Assembly: GCA_043807585.1 (NCBI GenBank)
Contig: JAZDFV010000002.1
Span: 25,581-89,580 of the forward strand
Length of the DNA stretch: 64,000 bases
Source of the DNA: Candidatus Jorgensenbacteria bacterium
GTDB taxonomy: Bacteria; Patescibacteriota; Minisyncoccia; UBA6257; GWB1-50-10
Reading direction: 5' to 3'
The notes beneath the pieces are model-generated. The model did no database searches, was not told the origin of the DNA, and worked only from the letters and a program-made list of their open reading frames with translations. Shown here piece after piece: positions 31,091-41,076 of the stretch. The position numbers and the translations under genes are program-made. Numbering within the stretch: position 1 is the first letter of the stretch; the number at the start of each line of letters is the position of its first letter.

Positions 31091-32890
31091 ATGTCTGAAT
31101 CAGAAACAATAGTTTGTCAGAATTGTCATAGTTCCTTCGTCATTGAATCGGAGGATTTTACGTTCTACGAGAAAATAAAAGTCCCGCCGCCGACGTGGTG
31201 CCCGGAGTGCGACAGTGCAAAGAGAATGACTTGGAGAAACGAGAGATCTTTGTATTGGCGCGATTGCGGTTTGTGCGGTAAGAAAACACTCTCGATGTAT
31301 TCAAAAGAAAATCCTTTTACTGTTTATTGTCATAAATGTTGGATATCGGATAAGTGGGACTCATTAGTATTCGGGAGAGATTATGATTTTCAGAAAGATT
31401 TTTTCACGCAATTTTCAGAACTCCAAAAAAGCGTACCCCGCGCCTCGGTTCTCCAATATGGGACCAGTGTAAATTGCGAATTTACAAACTACACCAGAAA
31501 CACAAAAAATGTCCTCCTAGCCTATTCGGTTTCTACCGGTGAAAATATATATTATTCATTCACTGTAGATTGGTCTAAAGACGCGTTGGATTCTTTAATG
31601 TTGAAGAATTCCGAATTGATATTTGAAGGATTTAATTCGGATCATTGTTATAATTCTCAATTTCTCGTAGATTGCCGCGATTGCACCGAATCATCGTATT
31701 TGTATGATTGTGTGAACTGCCAGAATTGTTTTATGTCGGTGAACCTTAGAAACAAACAGTTCGTTTTTTATGGAAGACAGCTTTCGAAAGAAGAATATAG
31801 CAAAGCAATTTTAGAAATTGATATCGGAAGTTTTGAGACGAGGGGAAGATTAAAAGAAGAATTTCATAATGTTATTTTGCAAACAATTCATAAGTATGGA
31901 GATGTAGTTAAGGTTGTTAACTGCACCGGCAACTATCTTTCGAATTGCAAAAACGTGAAAAATTCATATAGCGTGTATGATTCCGAGAACGTAAGAAACA
32001 CCATTCGCGCCTTGAAAGCGAGAGACATCAGGAGTGTTTTTAGCTGCGGAGAAGGGAGCGAACTTATTTATAGCGGGATTGTCGGTGGCAAAACCAGTTC
32101 TAATATAAAATTTTTTGCAAGTGCGGATGTGCTACGCGAATCGCAATACACCGATTGGTGTTTAAGTTCATCAAATCTCTTCGGCTGCATCGGCCTTCGC
32201 AACAAGCAGTACTGCATCCTTAACAAGCAATACACGAAGGAGGAATATGAAGCCCTTGTACCCCGCATCATCGACCACATGAACACCATGCCCTATGTAG
32301 ATACCAAGGGCAGGATATACAAATATGGCGAGTTCTTCCCCCCGGAATTGTCTCCCTTCGCCTACAACGAAACCATCGCACAGGAGTATTTCCCCCTGAC
32401 CAAGGATAAAGCTATTCAACAGGGCTACCGCTGGAGGGACGCGGATACGAGAGATTACAAAATAACCAAGAGACCGGAGGATCTCCCCGACCACATCAAA
32501 GATGTAGAGGATGCAATATTGAAAGAAACCATCCAATGCATGCACCACCCTTCGGCAGGCTCAGGGCAGGCCGCCTGCAATCACCAATGCACCACCGCCT
32601 TCAAGGTTATCCCAGAAGAACTTGCCTTCTACCGCAGAATGAACCTCCCGCTCCCACGTCTTTGCCCCAACTGCCGGCACTACGAACGCCTAAAGCAGCG
32701 GAATCCCCTGAAGCTCTGGCACCGCACCTGCCAGTGTGCGGGAGGAAAAAGCGAGAACGGTGTCTACGAGAACACCATAACCCACCCACACGGCACCGGC
32801 CACTGCCTAAACGAATTCGAGACCAGTTACGCTCCAGAGAGAAAGGAAATCGTGTACTGCGAGAGTTGTTATAATACTGAAGTGGTATGA
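31091..32890 (+). CDS. CPR-type Cys-rich hypothetical protein (CxxC knuckles plus beta-solenoid-like centre)
   Basis: CQNC, PPTWCPEC, WRNER, NLFGCIGLR, YGEFFP, CPNCRH. Confidence 0.9.
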   Translation: MSESETIVCQNCHSSFVIESEDFTFYEKIKVPPPTWCPECDSAKRMTWRNERSLYWRDCGLCGKKTLSMYSKENPFTVYCHKCWISDKWDSLVFGRDYDFQKDFFTQFSELQKSVPRASVLQYGTSVNCEFTNYTRNTKNVLLAYSVSTGENIYYSFTVDWSKDALDSLMLKNSELIFEGFNSDHCYNSQFLVDCRDCTESSYLYDCVNCQNCFMSVNLRNKQFVFYGRQLSKEEYSKAILEIDIGSFETRGRLKEEFHNVILQTIHKYGDVVKVVNCTGNYLSNCKNVKNSYSVYDSENVRNTIRALKARDIRSVFSCGEGSELIYSGIVGGKTSSNIKFFASADVLRESQYTDWCLSSSNLFGCIGLRNKQYCILNKQYTKEEYEALVPRIIDHMNTMPYVDTKGRIYKYGEFFPPELSPFAYNETIAQEYFPLTKDKAIQQGYRWRDADTRDYKITKRPEDLPDHIKDVEDAILKETIQCMHHPSAGSGQAACNHQCTTAFKVIPEELAFYRRMNLPLPRLCPNCRHYERLKQRNPLKLWHRTCQCAGGKSENGVYENTITHPHGTGHCLNEFETSYAPERKEIVYCESCYNTEVV

Positions 32891-33003
32891 AGTGCTCCGA
32901 CGCCGCGGAGCGGGTCGGAGCCCCGACTGTAAACGTCGGGGCTACAACGCGGAAGTCGTGTAATCCCACCCGGCCCTAATTCGCGCGAATAGTAGAATAG
33001 TTC

Positions 33004-33522
33004 ATGATCGATAAAAAACTCATCGCGGTAATAAAGAAAGGCGGCGTGGGGGTGATGCCGACAGATACCATCTATGGCCTCGTGGGTTCCGCGCTTCTCC
33101 CAAAGACCGTGGAGCGCATCTACCGCCTCCGCAAGCGCAATCCAAAGAAGCCGGTTATTGTGCTCATTGCGGACCTTCGCGACCTCGTGCGTTTTGGCAT
33201 AAAGCTCGAGCCGCGCGTGAAGACCTTTCTTTGGAAGATCTGGCCGGGGCCTTACAGCGTCGTGTTGCCGTGCCCGAGCAAAAAATTTGCCTACCTCCAT
33301 CGCGGCACGGAAACGCTCGCGGTGCGGTTGCCCAAACCCCAATGGCTTCGAACGCTCCTCAAGGCCACGGGATCCCTCGTGGCGCCGAGTGCGAACCCCC
33401 AAGGGAAACTGCCCGCGCGCACCGTTGCGGAGGCCAAGAAATATTTTGGTGAAAGGGTGGATTTCTATGTTCACGGCGCCGCGCACGACACACCTTCCAC
33501 TCTCCTAGAAGTGAAACGTTAG
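33004..33522 (+). CDS. tsaC: Threonylcarbamoyl-AMP synthase (Sua5/YrdC)
   Basis: PTDTIYGL, WPGP, APSAN. Confidence 0.93.
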   Translation: MIDKKLIAVIKKGGVGVMPTDTIYGLVGSALLPKTVERIYRLRKRNPKKPVIVLIADLRDLVRFGIKLEPRVKTFLWKIWPGPYSVVLPCPSKKFAYLHRGTETLAVRLPKPQWLRTLLKATGSLVAPSANPQGKLPARTVAEAKKYFGERVDFYVHGAAHDTPSTLLEVKR

Positions 33523-33546
33523 TGAAAAAAGATTATACTGAAAGCA

Positions 33547-35454
33547 ATGGCCGAAGAGAACGAGCATAACGTAGCGTATTTCGGGCGGGTGGATTTCAGG
33601 AGCTCCGAGCGCCTTTTTGGCATCCGGCGGCAGGACCGCCGGCAGCACATGTACGTCATCGGGAAGAGCGGTACCGGGAAGAGCGCGATGCTCCACAACC
33701 TCATCGTGCAGGACATCGCGAATGGTGAAGGTCTCTGCGTTGTGGACCCCCACGGCGATCTCGTGGAGAGCATCCTGCCGAAGATCCCGAAAGAGCGCAT
33801 AAACGATGTCATCTATTTCAACCCCGCGGACTCCGACTTCAACATCGGGTTCAACGTGCTGGAGCTTCCGGACCCAAAGTACAAGCACCTTGTGGCCTCC
33901 GGGCTCATGGGGATTTTCACCAAAATTTGGTCCAACGTCTGGTCCGCGCGGATGGAGTACATTCTGAACAACGCCATCCTCGCGCTCTTGGATACGCCCG
34001 GCACGACGCTCCTCGGGGTGAGCCGCATCCTCGTGGACAAGGAGTTCCGCCAGAAGATCCTTGCGAACGTGAAGGACCCCGTGGTGCGCTCGTTCTGGTT
34101 GAACGAGTTCGAGGAGTGGCGTGACCAGTTCAGGAACGAGGCCATCGCGCCGATCCAGAACAAGGTGGGGCAGTTCCTCTCCACCGCAATGGTGCGGAAC
34201 ATCGTGGGGCAGGCGAAGAGCACCATTGACATCTTCAGCATCATGAACGAGGGGAAGATCTTCCTCGTGAACGTTTCCAAGGGGCGCATCGGCGAGGACA
34301 ACTCGGCGCTCTTGGGTGCGATGCTCATCACCAAGATCCAGCTCGCGGCCATGGAACGGGTGCGGGTGTCGGAGGAGGAACGGGTGGATTTCTACCTCTA
34401 CGTGGATGAGTTTCAGAACTTTGCAACCGATTCGTTCGCGGGCATCCTCTCCGAGGCGCGGAAGTACCGCCTGAACCTTATCCTCGCCCACCAGTATGTG
34501 GGCCAGCTCGTCACGATGGGGGCGGGCGCGATCTCGACCAAGGTGCGGGACGCGGTCTTCGGGAACGTCGGCACCATGGTGGTGTTCCGCGTGGGGGCCG
34601 CCGATGCCGAATATTTGGAGACCGAATTTACACCCGAGTTCCTCCCAGAGGACATTGTGAACCTCCCGAACTACTCGGTGTATCTGAAGCTCATGGTGGA
34701 TGGGGTCACGAGCCGCCCCTTTTCCGCGCACACCCTCCCACCATTCAAGGTGCAGGCCTCGGAAACCATCAGCGAAGAAATCATCAACAATTCACGCAAG
34801 CGGTACGCGCGCCCCCGCTACGCGGTGGAGGAGGAAATAGCCATCTGGAGCGGCATGGCGCCGGGAGCAGGCCCGGGGGAGTTCGTGCCGCGCCCTGGCG
34901 TGGGGGGGAAGTATCAGGCAGTCTGCTCTTCCTGCGGTAAGGAGACCACTGTTCCCTTCGAGCCCCAGCAGGGCCGCCCGGTGTACTGCAAAGAATGTTT
35001 GGAGAAAATAAAGGCGGGAGAATTGGAGCCGGTGCGGGTGATGCCGGCTTTTGAGAGGCGGGGAACGGAGCAGACGGCGGACATGTCGGCGCTCGCGGGT
35101 TTGGGGATCGAGTTCAGCGGGAAGGGTTCGGCAGGGGCACCGCGGGAGGGGGGTGGTCCGTCGCGGCGCGAGGAGCGTGGGGGGTTCCACCCGAGGCCGC
35201 AGGACGAGCGCGCACCCTCCCACCGGCCAGCCGGTCCCTCTAGGCCCTCCTTCGAGCCTCGCCCCTCCATTTTGCGTGGTACGAGAACCGAGAGTGCCTT
35301 GACTTCGTCGGAAGAGGAAGAGCATGAACTTCGGTTGAGCGAGCTCACGCCGACAGAGAAAAAGGATGCCCACCCGCCGCAGGGCGGCAGGGAACCGGAT
35401 ATCACCGGTCTCCGCGAGGCGCTCCGGGATGCGCTGGGGAAATTGAAGGAGTAA
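33547..35454 (+). CDS. TraG/TraD/VirD4-like P-loop ATPase with CxxC-x17-CxxC domain
   Basis: GKSGTGKS, VDPHGD, YVDEFQN, EARKY; CSSCG...CKEC. Confidence 0.9.
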   Translation: MAEENEHNVAYFGRVDFRSSERLFGIRRQDRRQHMYVIGKSGTGKSAMLHNLIVQDIANGEGLCVVDPHGDLVESILPKIPKERINDVIYFNPADSDFNIGFNVLELPDPKYKHLVASGLMGIFTKIWSNVWSARMEYILNNAILALLDTPGTTLLGVSRILVDKEFRQKILANVKDPVVRSFWLNEFEEWRDQFRNEAIAPIQNKVGQFLSTAMVRNIVGQAKSTIDIFSIMNEGKIFLVNVSKGRIGEDNSALLGAMLITKIQLAAMERVRVSEEERVDFYLYVDEFQNFATDSFAGILSEARKYRLNLILAHQYVGQLVTMGAGAISTKVRDAVFGNVGTMVVFRVGAADAEYLETEFTPEFLPEDIVNLPNYSVYLKLMVDGVTSRPFSAHTLPPFKVQASETISEEIINNSRKRYARPRYAVEEEIAIWSGMAPGAGPGEFVPRPGVGGKYQAVCSSCGKETTVPFEPQQGRPVYCKECLEKIKAGELEPVRVMPAFERRGTEQTADMSALAGLGIEFSGKGSAGAPREGGGPSRREERGGFHPRPQDERAPSHRPAGPSRPSFEPRPSILRGTRTESALTSSEEEEHELRLSELTPTEKKDAHPPQGGREPDITGLREALRDALGKLKE

Positions 35455-35495
35455 TTAAAAAACCGTCCTGAGTTTACCGAAGGGCGGTTTTTTTG

Positions 35496-36110
35496 TTATG
35501 CTTTCTCTACCCGCTCAACATACTCTCCAGTCACGGTATTCACGCGCACCACGTCGCCTTCGTTGATGAAGAGGGGGACGTTCGCTTTCGCGCCGGTCTC
35601 GAGCGTGACCGATTTTGTGCCGCCCTGCGCGGTGTCACCGCGGATGGCCGGTGGCGCCTCCGTAACTTTCAGATCCACCTTCACGGGGAGCTCAATGTTG
35701 ATGATCTTTTCGCCGAATTTGAACGCGGTAACCTCCGCATTTGCTTTGAGATATTGACCGGCGTCGCCCATCGCCTCGTCGGCGAGGGAAAACCGGTTGC
35801 CGGGCTTGCCAACCTCATGGAACCAGTATTCACCTCCCGCCTCGCCTTCGCGAGCTTGGCGAGTCGAGGCTGGGTTATTGCGGTAAATGAAATTCACTTT
35901 TTGCCTTTCTATCTCAACCTCATAGAAGCTCTCGTTCTGATGAGCTGCGTAGTCCTGCACCTTGCCGGTGAGGAGGTTCTTGATCTTGAGCTGGGTGACC
36001 GGCTTCCGCTGCTGCATGCGGATGAAGGCGTACTCCAGGACCTCATAGGGATCCGGGTCCTCGTTCTTAGTGAAGATGGTGCCGGCTTTGAGTTCGTTGT
36101 AGGAAAGCAT
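35496..36110 (-). CDS. efp: Elongation factor P
   Basis: RGDTAQGGTK, LETGA, VPLFINEG. Confidence 0.96.
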   Translation of the reverse strand: MLSYNELKAGTIFTKNEDPDPYEVLEYAFIRMQQRKPVTQLKIKNLLTGKVQDYAAHQNESFYEVEIERQKVNFIYRNNPASTRQAREGEAGGEYWFHEVGKPGNRFSLADEAMGDAGQYLKANAEVTAFKFGEKIINIELPVKVDLKVTEAPPAIRGDTAQGGTKSVTLETGAKANVPLFINEGDVVRVNTVTGEYVERVEKA

Positions 36111-36307
36111 CGCCCGGTAGTAGAAACTCGATAATTATTATCTTTGGTACGACGTTTTTTGATAACTTTGCGTTAGATTGCCTAGTGTGAAAACTGGTTG
36201 AATTTCTTTTGCCGCTCCGCGGCCAATCGAGTTTTCACTACCGGGCATCGCGGGGCTATTTTACACGATAGTTTCCATATACGCAAGATTTTTGATACGC
36301 TGGGACA

Positions 36308-37594
36308 ATGAGTATTGATCTGAACAAGGTTCGAATGGTGCACTGCGTCGGAATCGGCGGCATCGGAGTCTCCGCCATCGCGCGGATGCTCCACCTGCAG
36401 GGTAAACGGGTTACAGGTTCTGATACCGCGCGCTCGCCCGTAACAGCGATGCTCCGAAAGCTCGGTATCAAAATTATCATCGGGCACCGCGCCAGCAATG
36501 TGGACGGTGCCGGGCTCGTTGTGTACACGAAAGCGGTGGGAAGCGGCAATCCCGAGCTCCGTGCCGCCCGCCGCCGAGGCATTCCGTGTTTCTCCTACGC
36601 CGAGATGCTGGGGCTTATCTCCCGCCACCGCTACACCATCGCGGTCGCCGGCGCGCACGGAAAAACGACCACGACGGCCATGGTCGGGCACATACTTCAC
36701 AAAGCGAAGTTCAACCCCACCATCATCGTTGGGGGCGTCATGGCGGATACGGGGACTAACTTTGTTGCAGGGCGCGGACGGTACTTCGTCGTGGAAGCAT
36801 GCGAGTATAAGAAGTCATTTTTGGATATCAACCCGCGCATCATAGTTATCACGAACATCGATAACGACCACCTGGACTACTACAAGAATCTCACAAACAT
36901 CAAACGTGCCTTCGGCGAGTTTGCGGCGAAATTAGGGAATGGCGGTTTTCTTGTGTGCGACCCCAATGACCCAAATGTGCGCGGGGTGGCGCGCAAGACA
37001 TCGGCTCGCGTGGTGAACTATCGCCGGATGCCGCTCCGCGTGAAACTCCACGTGTTAGGTGCGCACCACAGGAGGAACGCGCAGGCGGCGCTCGCTGTGG
37101 CGCGCGTGCTCGGGGTGCCGATGGAAACCGCGGAGCGTGCCTTGAAAACGTTCCACGGCGTGGGGCGTCGGTTTGAGTACAAGGGTACGTGGCGCGGAGT
37201 GAAGTTCTACGATGATTACGCGCACCACCCGACGGAGATTCGTGCGACACTCAAGGCGGCGCGGGAGCACTTCGGGAAAAAGAGGCGGATTTGGTGCGTA
37301 TTCCAACCGCACCTCTACAGCCGCACGCGCCTCCTCATGAAAGATTTTGCCAGGAGCTTTGGCGATGCGGATCAGGTGCTCCTCGCCGATATCTATGCGG
37401 CGCGGGAAAAGGATGACGGAAAAACGAACTCGCGGGTTTTAGCCGAAAAGATAAACATAAACACGCCAGCACTTTATTTGGGCACGTTCCCACGCATCGC
37501 GGCGTTCTTAAGAATGCACTCAAAAGGGGGAGATGTTGTGATAACGATGGGAGCAGGGGAGGCGTATAAAGTATGGGAGTTAGTTAGAAAATAA
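36308..37594 (+). CDS. murC: UDP-N-acetylmuramate-alanine ligase
   Basis: GIGGIGVS, GAHGKTTTT, DDYAHHPTEI, FQPHLYSRT. Confidence 0.97.
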   Translation: MSIDLNKVRMVHCVGIGGIGVSAIARMLHLQGKRVTGSDTARSPVTAMLRKLGIKIIIGHRASNVDGAGLVVYTKAVGSGNPELRAARRRGIPCFSYAEMLGLISRHRYTIAVAGAHGKTTTTAMVGHILHKAKFNPTIIVGGVMADTGTNFVAGRGRYFVVEACEYKKSFLDINPRIIVITNIDNDHLDYYKNLTNIKRAFGEFAAKLGNGGFLVCDPNDPNVRGVARKTSARVVNYRRMPLRVKLHVLGAHHRRNAQAALAVARVLGVPMETAERALKTFHGVGRRFEYKGTWRGVKFYDDYAHHPTEIRATLKAAREHFGKKRRIWCVFQPHLYSRTRLLMKDFARSFGDADQVLLADIYAAREKDDGKTNSRVLAEKININTPALYLGTFPRIAAFLRMHSKGGDVVITMGAGEAYKVWELVRK

Positions 37595-37641
37595 AAGGCG
37601 TACCGAAGCACGCCTTATGATGTTACGCACGCAAGCGAAAC

Positions 37642-37839
37642 TTACGGTTTCGGGATTCTGAAGCCAGTATCGTTCCGATACCGTCGGATAACCTCTCTTG
37701 AAACCCCGAACGATGATATTAGAACGCCGCCAAAGAAAACTGCGTTATTCACGGTTCCGCCGAGCGGGAATTGTTGGGTGGCAACGACAATCGCTGCCAT
37801 AATGAAGCCGATAACGATAAGAGCAAGGTTGAGTTTCAT
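37642..37839 (-). CDS. Small membrane protein
   Basis: 65 aa, two hydrophobic helices, GGAG upstream. Confidence 0.65.
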   Translation of the reverse strand: MKLNLALIVIGFIMAAIVVATQQFPLGGTVNNAVFFGGVLISSFGVSREVIRRYRNDTGFRIPKP

Positions 37840-37918
37840 GAAATATCTCCATAATATAGTGCAAGGAATGTGTGTTATTTACAGTTACTGTTTCAATTTT
37901 AGCATATATTAGAAGTAT

Positions 37919-39403
37919 ATGTCAAGTACTAAGAAAAGGGTATTCATTGCGATGTCCCCGAAGCAATCCCTTCGGGATGCTACGGGGCAGGCCGGCGGCG
38001 TGAAGCGGCCGAGGGTTTTTGTTGCGATGAGTGGGGGCGTGGATTCCTCCGTCGCGGCATTGCTGTTGAAAAAAGCCGGCTACGATTGCGTGGGCGTTTT
38101 TATGAAATGCTGGAGTGGAAACGGCCCCTCGGCATCGCTCGGGGCAAGTTGCGCGGAGCGGGATGCGGAGGATGCGCGGCGGGTCGCGGAACATATCGGC
38201 ATACCGTTCTACGTCTTTGATTTTGAGGAGGAATACAAAAAGCGGGTGGTGGAATATATGGTGGAGGGCTACCGCGCTGGTATTACGCCCAACCCTGACG
38301 TGATGTGCAACCGGGAGATAAAGTTCGGGCTGTTCTTGAAACGGGCGCTCGCGCTCGGGGCGGATTATGTGGCGACGGGGCACTACGTCCGTCTGCGGCG
38401 GAATGATGAATTTAGAATTTCTAATTTTGAATCAATTTCTAATTCCAGAATTAACAATTCAAACATTCAATCAAAATTCAAAATTGAGAATTCAAAATTT
38501 GGTCTTTTTCAGGCGAAGGACTTGAATAAAGACCAAAGTTATTTTTTATGGACATTGACCCAGAAGCAACTAAAATACTGCCTTTTCCCCATCGGTGATT
38601 ATCTGAAGTCCGAGGTGCGCGAAATTGCACGGAAGGCGGGGCTCCCCACCGCGGAGAAAAAGGACTCGCAGGGCATCTGTTTCCTGGGCGATGTCCCACT
38701 CAAGGACTTTTTGAAGCAGTATTTGCCGGAGCGGGAGGGGCCAGTGGTGCTTGCCCTGAGCGGAGCCGAAGGGACGGTGTATAAGAAAATAGGGGAGCAT
38801 GAGGGGGCGCATTTCTACACTATCGGTCAGCGCCACGGATTTTTGGTGCAAATGGCAAAGGGCTCCGATGGCAGAGCCATCGCGAGTCCACGACAAAGTC
38901 GGGACAAAGGGCAAAGCAAGGGAGAAACTAAGCCGCACTACATAGCGGCGAAGGATGTCGCAACAAATACGCTTATAGTTGCCGAAGGGAGTGATCACCC
39001 GTCGCTCTTTCAAAGAGAGGTCTCATTAACCGACATCAATTTCATCAATCCACATTCATTAGAAATTGGAAATTGTCTCGCTACGCGAGATCCCGCGAAG
39101 CGGGAGAAATTGGAAATTCCCGTGCTCGCACGGGTGCGGTACCGCCAGCCGCTCTTTGAAGCGACGCTGATTTACTCTGATGGGGAGCGGATAAATGCTG
39201 ATGGAAATCCGTATAAATCAGTTTCAAAATCCGCATCAATCCGCATAGTTTTCAAAAACCCTCAAAAATTCGTCGCTCCCGGCCAGTCCGCGGTGTTTTA
39301 TTTACCCGCCCGTAGCGGTGCGAAGGCGGGCTTGCCCGTCCGAAGCTCGGCGAAGGAGGGTCGCGAGGAGCTTGAAATGTTGGGTGGCGGAATGATTTTG
39401 TAA
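37919..39403 (+). CDS. mnmA: tRNA 2-thiouridylase with multiple in-frame repeat-derived insertions
   Basis: SGGVDSS, PNPDVMCN, ATGHY, KDQSYFL, DSQGICF, PGQ; 494 aa versus about 360 typical. Confidence 0.96.
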   Translation: MSSTKKRVFIAMSPKQSLRDATGQAGGVKRPRVFVAMSGGVDSSVAALLLKKAGYDCVGVFMKCWSGNGPSASLGASCAERDAEDARRVAEHIGIPFYVFDFEEEYKKRVVEYMVEGYRAGITPNPDVMCNREIKFGLFLKRALALGADYVATGHYVRLRRNDEFRISNFESISNSRINNSNIQSKFKIENSKFGLFQAKDLNKDQSYFLWTLTQKQLKYCLFPIGDYLKSEVREIARKAGLPTAEKKDSQGICFLGDVPLKDFLKQYLPEREGPVVLALSGAEGTVYKKIGEHEGAHFYTIGQRHGFLVQMAKGSDGRAIASPRQSRDKGQSKGETKPHYIAAKDVATNTLIVAEGSDHPSLFQREVSLTDINFINPHSLEIGNCLATRDPAKREKLEIPVLARVRYRQPLFEATLIYSDGERINADGNPYKSVSKSASIRIVFKNPQKFVAPGQSAVFYLPARSGAKAGLPVRSSAKEGREELEMLGGGMIL

Positions 39404-39600
39404 TGGCTTCAATTTGTACGTATATGCGTACAAATTGAAGCATCGCGGTTTTGTGAGGTGCGGTGGTATAATTGCTGAAAGTCGTTAGTTATTGGTCGTA
39501 AGTTATTTGTTAGACGCTGATAAACGCTGATTTGCAGAACGCTGATTTACGCCGATGTTATCAGTCATAAGTTATCAGTCATAAGTTATAAGTTACTCCC

Positions 39601-41076
39601 ATGCGCTCCTACGATGTTTTCTTCTTTGGGGCGCTCTTCTTTCTCCTTGGAGTGCTCCTCGCGAGCATGGGTGTGAAGGCCGGGACACTGTGGATATTCC
39701 TCGCCCTGGAGGTGGGTTGCCTCGCGGCGTGGGCGTTTTTTGAGCGCATCCCAAGCCGCTTCCGGTGGCGCATTGCGCGGAAAGGATGGCTCGCGCTAAT
39801 CGCCCTTTTATTTTTGCTCCCCGTGGGGGCGCTCTACTACACATGGGATGATAGGGACTTCCGCGCGGCGCGGTTTCCGAGCGGGGAGGTAGGGTTTTCC
39901 GGCGTCGTGGTCGGCGACCCCAAGGGGAGCGGCACGACGCAGGAGGCAGTGGTGGAACTCTCCACTCCCCACGCCGGAAAGGTTCTCGTGAAGCTCCGCT
40001 CCTTCCCGCGCGTGGCCTACGGCGACACGCTCGCGCTCACGGGCACCGTTGAACCCCCATCGCCCGCTTCTTACGCGCGCTACCTCGCCAAGGAGCGCGT
40101 GGGCTGCATCGTGGCGTTCCCTGTATTTTCCGTCGTGGCGAGCGGAAACGGCTCTCCTGTGCGGGCGTTTCTCTACGAGGTGAAGCATCGCGTCATCGGC
40201 GCGTTCCAGAGGGCGCTCCCCGTGGAAGAGGCCGCGTTCCTCGGAGGCCTCACTGTGGGTGAGCGGAGCGAGTTCAGCAGGGAGTTCAGGGATGCGATGC
40301 AGAGGAGCGGTACCACGCACCTCGTCGCGCTCTCGGGGTACAACATTTCCATCGTGGCGTGGGTGGCGATGGGGTTCTTCATCACGTTCCTCCGGAGGCG
40401 GTGGGCGTTCGCGGCGACCGTTCTCGTCATCCTCGGGTTCGTGCTCATGACGGGCGGCGAGGCCTCGGTGGTGCGGGCGGCGATCATGGGGGTGCTCCTG
40501 CTCATCGCCCGCGAGGTGGGGCGTGTCTACAGCATCCGTAACGCGGTTCTCTTCGCGGCGCTCGCGATGGTGCTCGTGAACCCCAAGGTGCTCGCGTTCG
40601 ACGTGGGGTTCCAGCTCTCATTCCTCGCTTTCCTCGGCATCGCGTACCTGCGGCCCGCCATCGTTTCACTGCTGAGGTTCCCCGAGGAGCCGGGGTTCCT
40701 CTCGTGGCGCGACAACCTCACGGCTACCGCCTCGGCCCAGCTCGCCGTGGTGCCGCTTCTCATCTCCTCCTTTGGCGGGTTCTCGGTGTTTTCCCTCGTC
40801 GCGAACGTCATTGTCCTGGAGCTCGTCCCGGTCACCATGGGGCTTGGGTTCCTCATGGCGTTCCTCACGGCGGCGGGGGAGTACGCCGCACTCGCCTTCG
40901 GGTGGCTCACCTGGGTGCTTTTGCGGTTCGAGGTTGCGGTGATAAAGTTCTTCGGGGTGCTCTACATTCCGCTCGCGCCGGAACTGAACTGGTTCCTCAT
41001 CACTTTCTACTACGCGGCCCTTGTGGGTTTCATCATCTATGTTCGAAGGCATACGCTCGCTCGTCGCACGGCATAA
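39601..41076 (+). CDS. comEC: ComEC/Rec2 competence channel, membrane part
   Basis: GTTHLVALSGYN, SVVRAAIMG, GFQLSF. Confidence 0.95.
   Translation: MRSYDVFFFGALFFLLGVLLASMGVKAGTLWIFLALEVGCLAAWAFFERIPSRFRWRIARKGWLALIALLFLLPVGALYYTWDDRDFRAARFPSGEVGFSGVVVGDPKGSGTTQEAVVELSTPHAGKVLVKLRSFPRVAYGDTLALTGTVEPPSPASYARYLAKERVGCIVAFPVFSVVASGNGSPVRAFLYEVKHRVIGAFQRALPVEEAAFLGGLTVGERSEFSREFRDAMQRSGTTHLVALSGYNISIVAWVAMGFFITFLRRRWAFAATVLVILGFVLMTGGEASVVRAAIMGVLLLIAREVGRVYSIRNAVLFAALAMVLVNPKVLAFDVGFQLSFLAFLGIAYLRPAIVSLLRFPEEPGFLSWRDNLTATASAQLAVVPLLISSFGGFSVFSLVANVIVLELVPVTMGLGFLMAFLTAAGEYAALAFGWLTWVLLRFEVAVIKFFGVLYIPLAPELNWFLITFYYAALVGFIIYVRRHTLARRTA

Noticed and set aside
33547-35454. Conjugative element marked by the TraG-like ATPase
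   Set aside because: No relaxase or T4SS genes adjacent; such ATPases are common chromosomal genes in CPR
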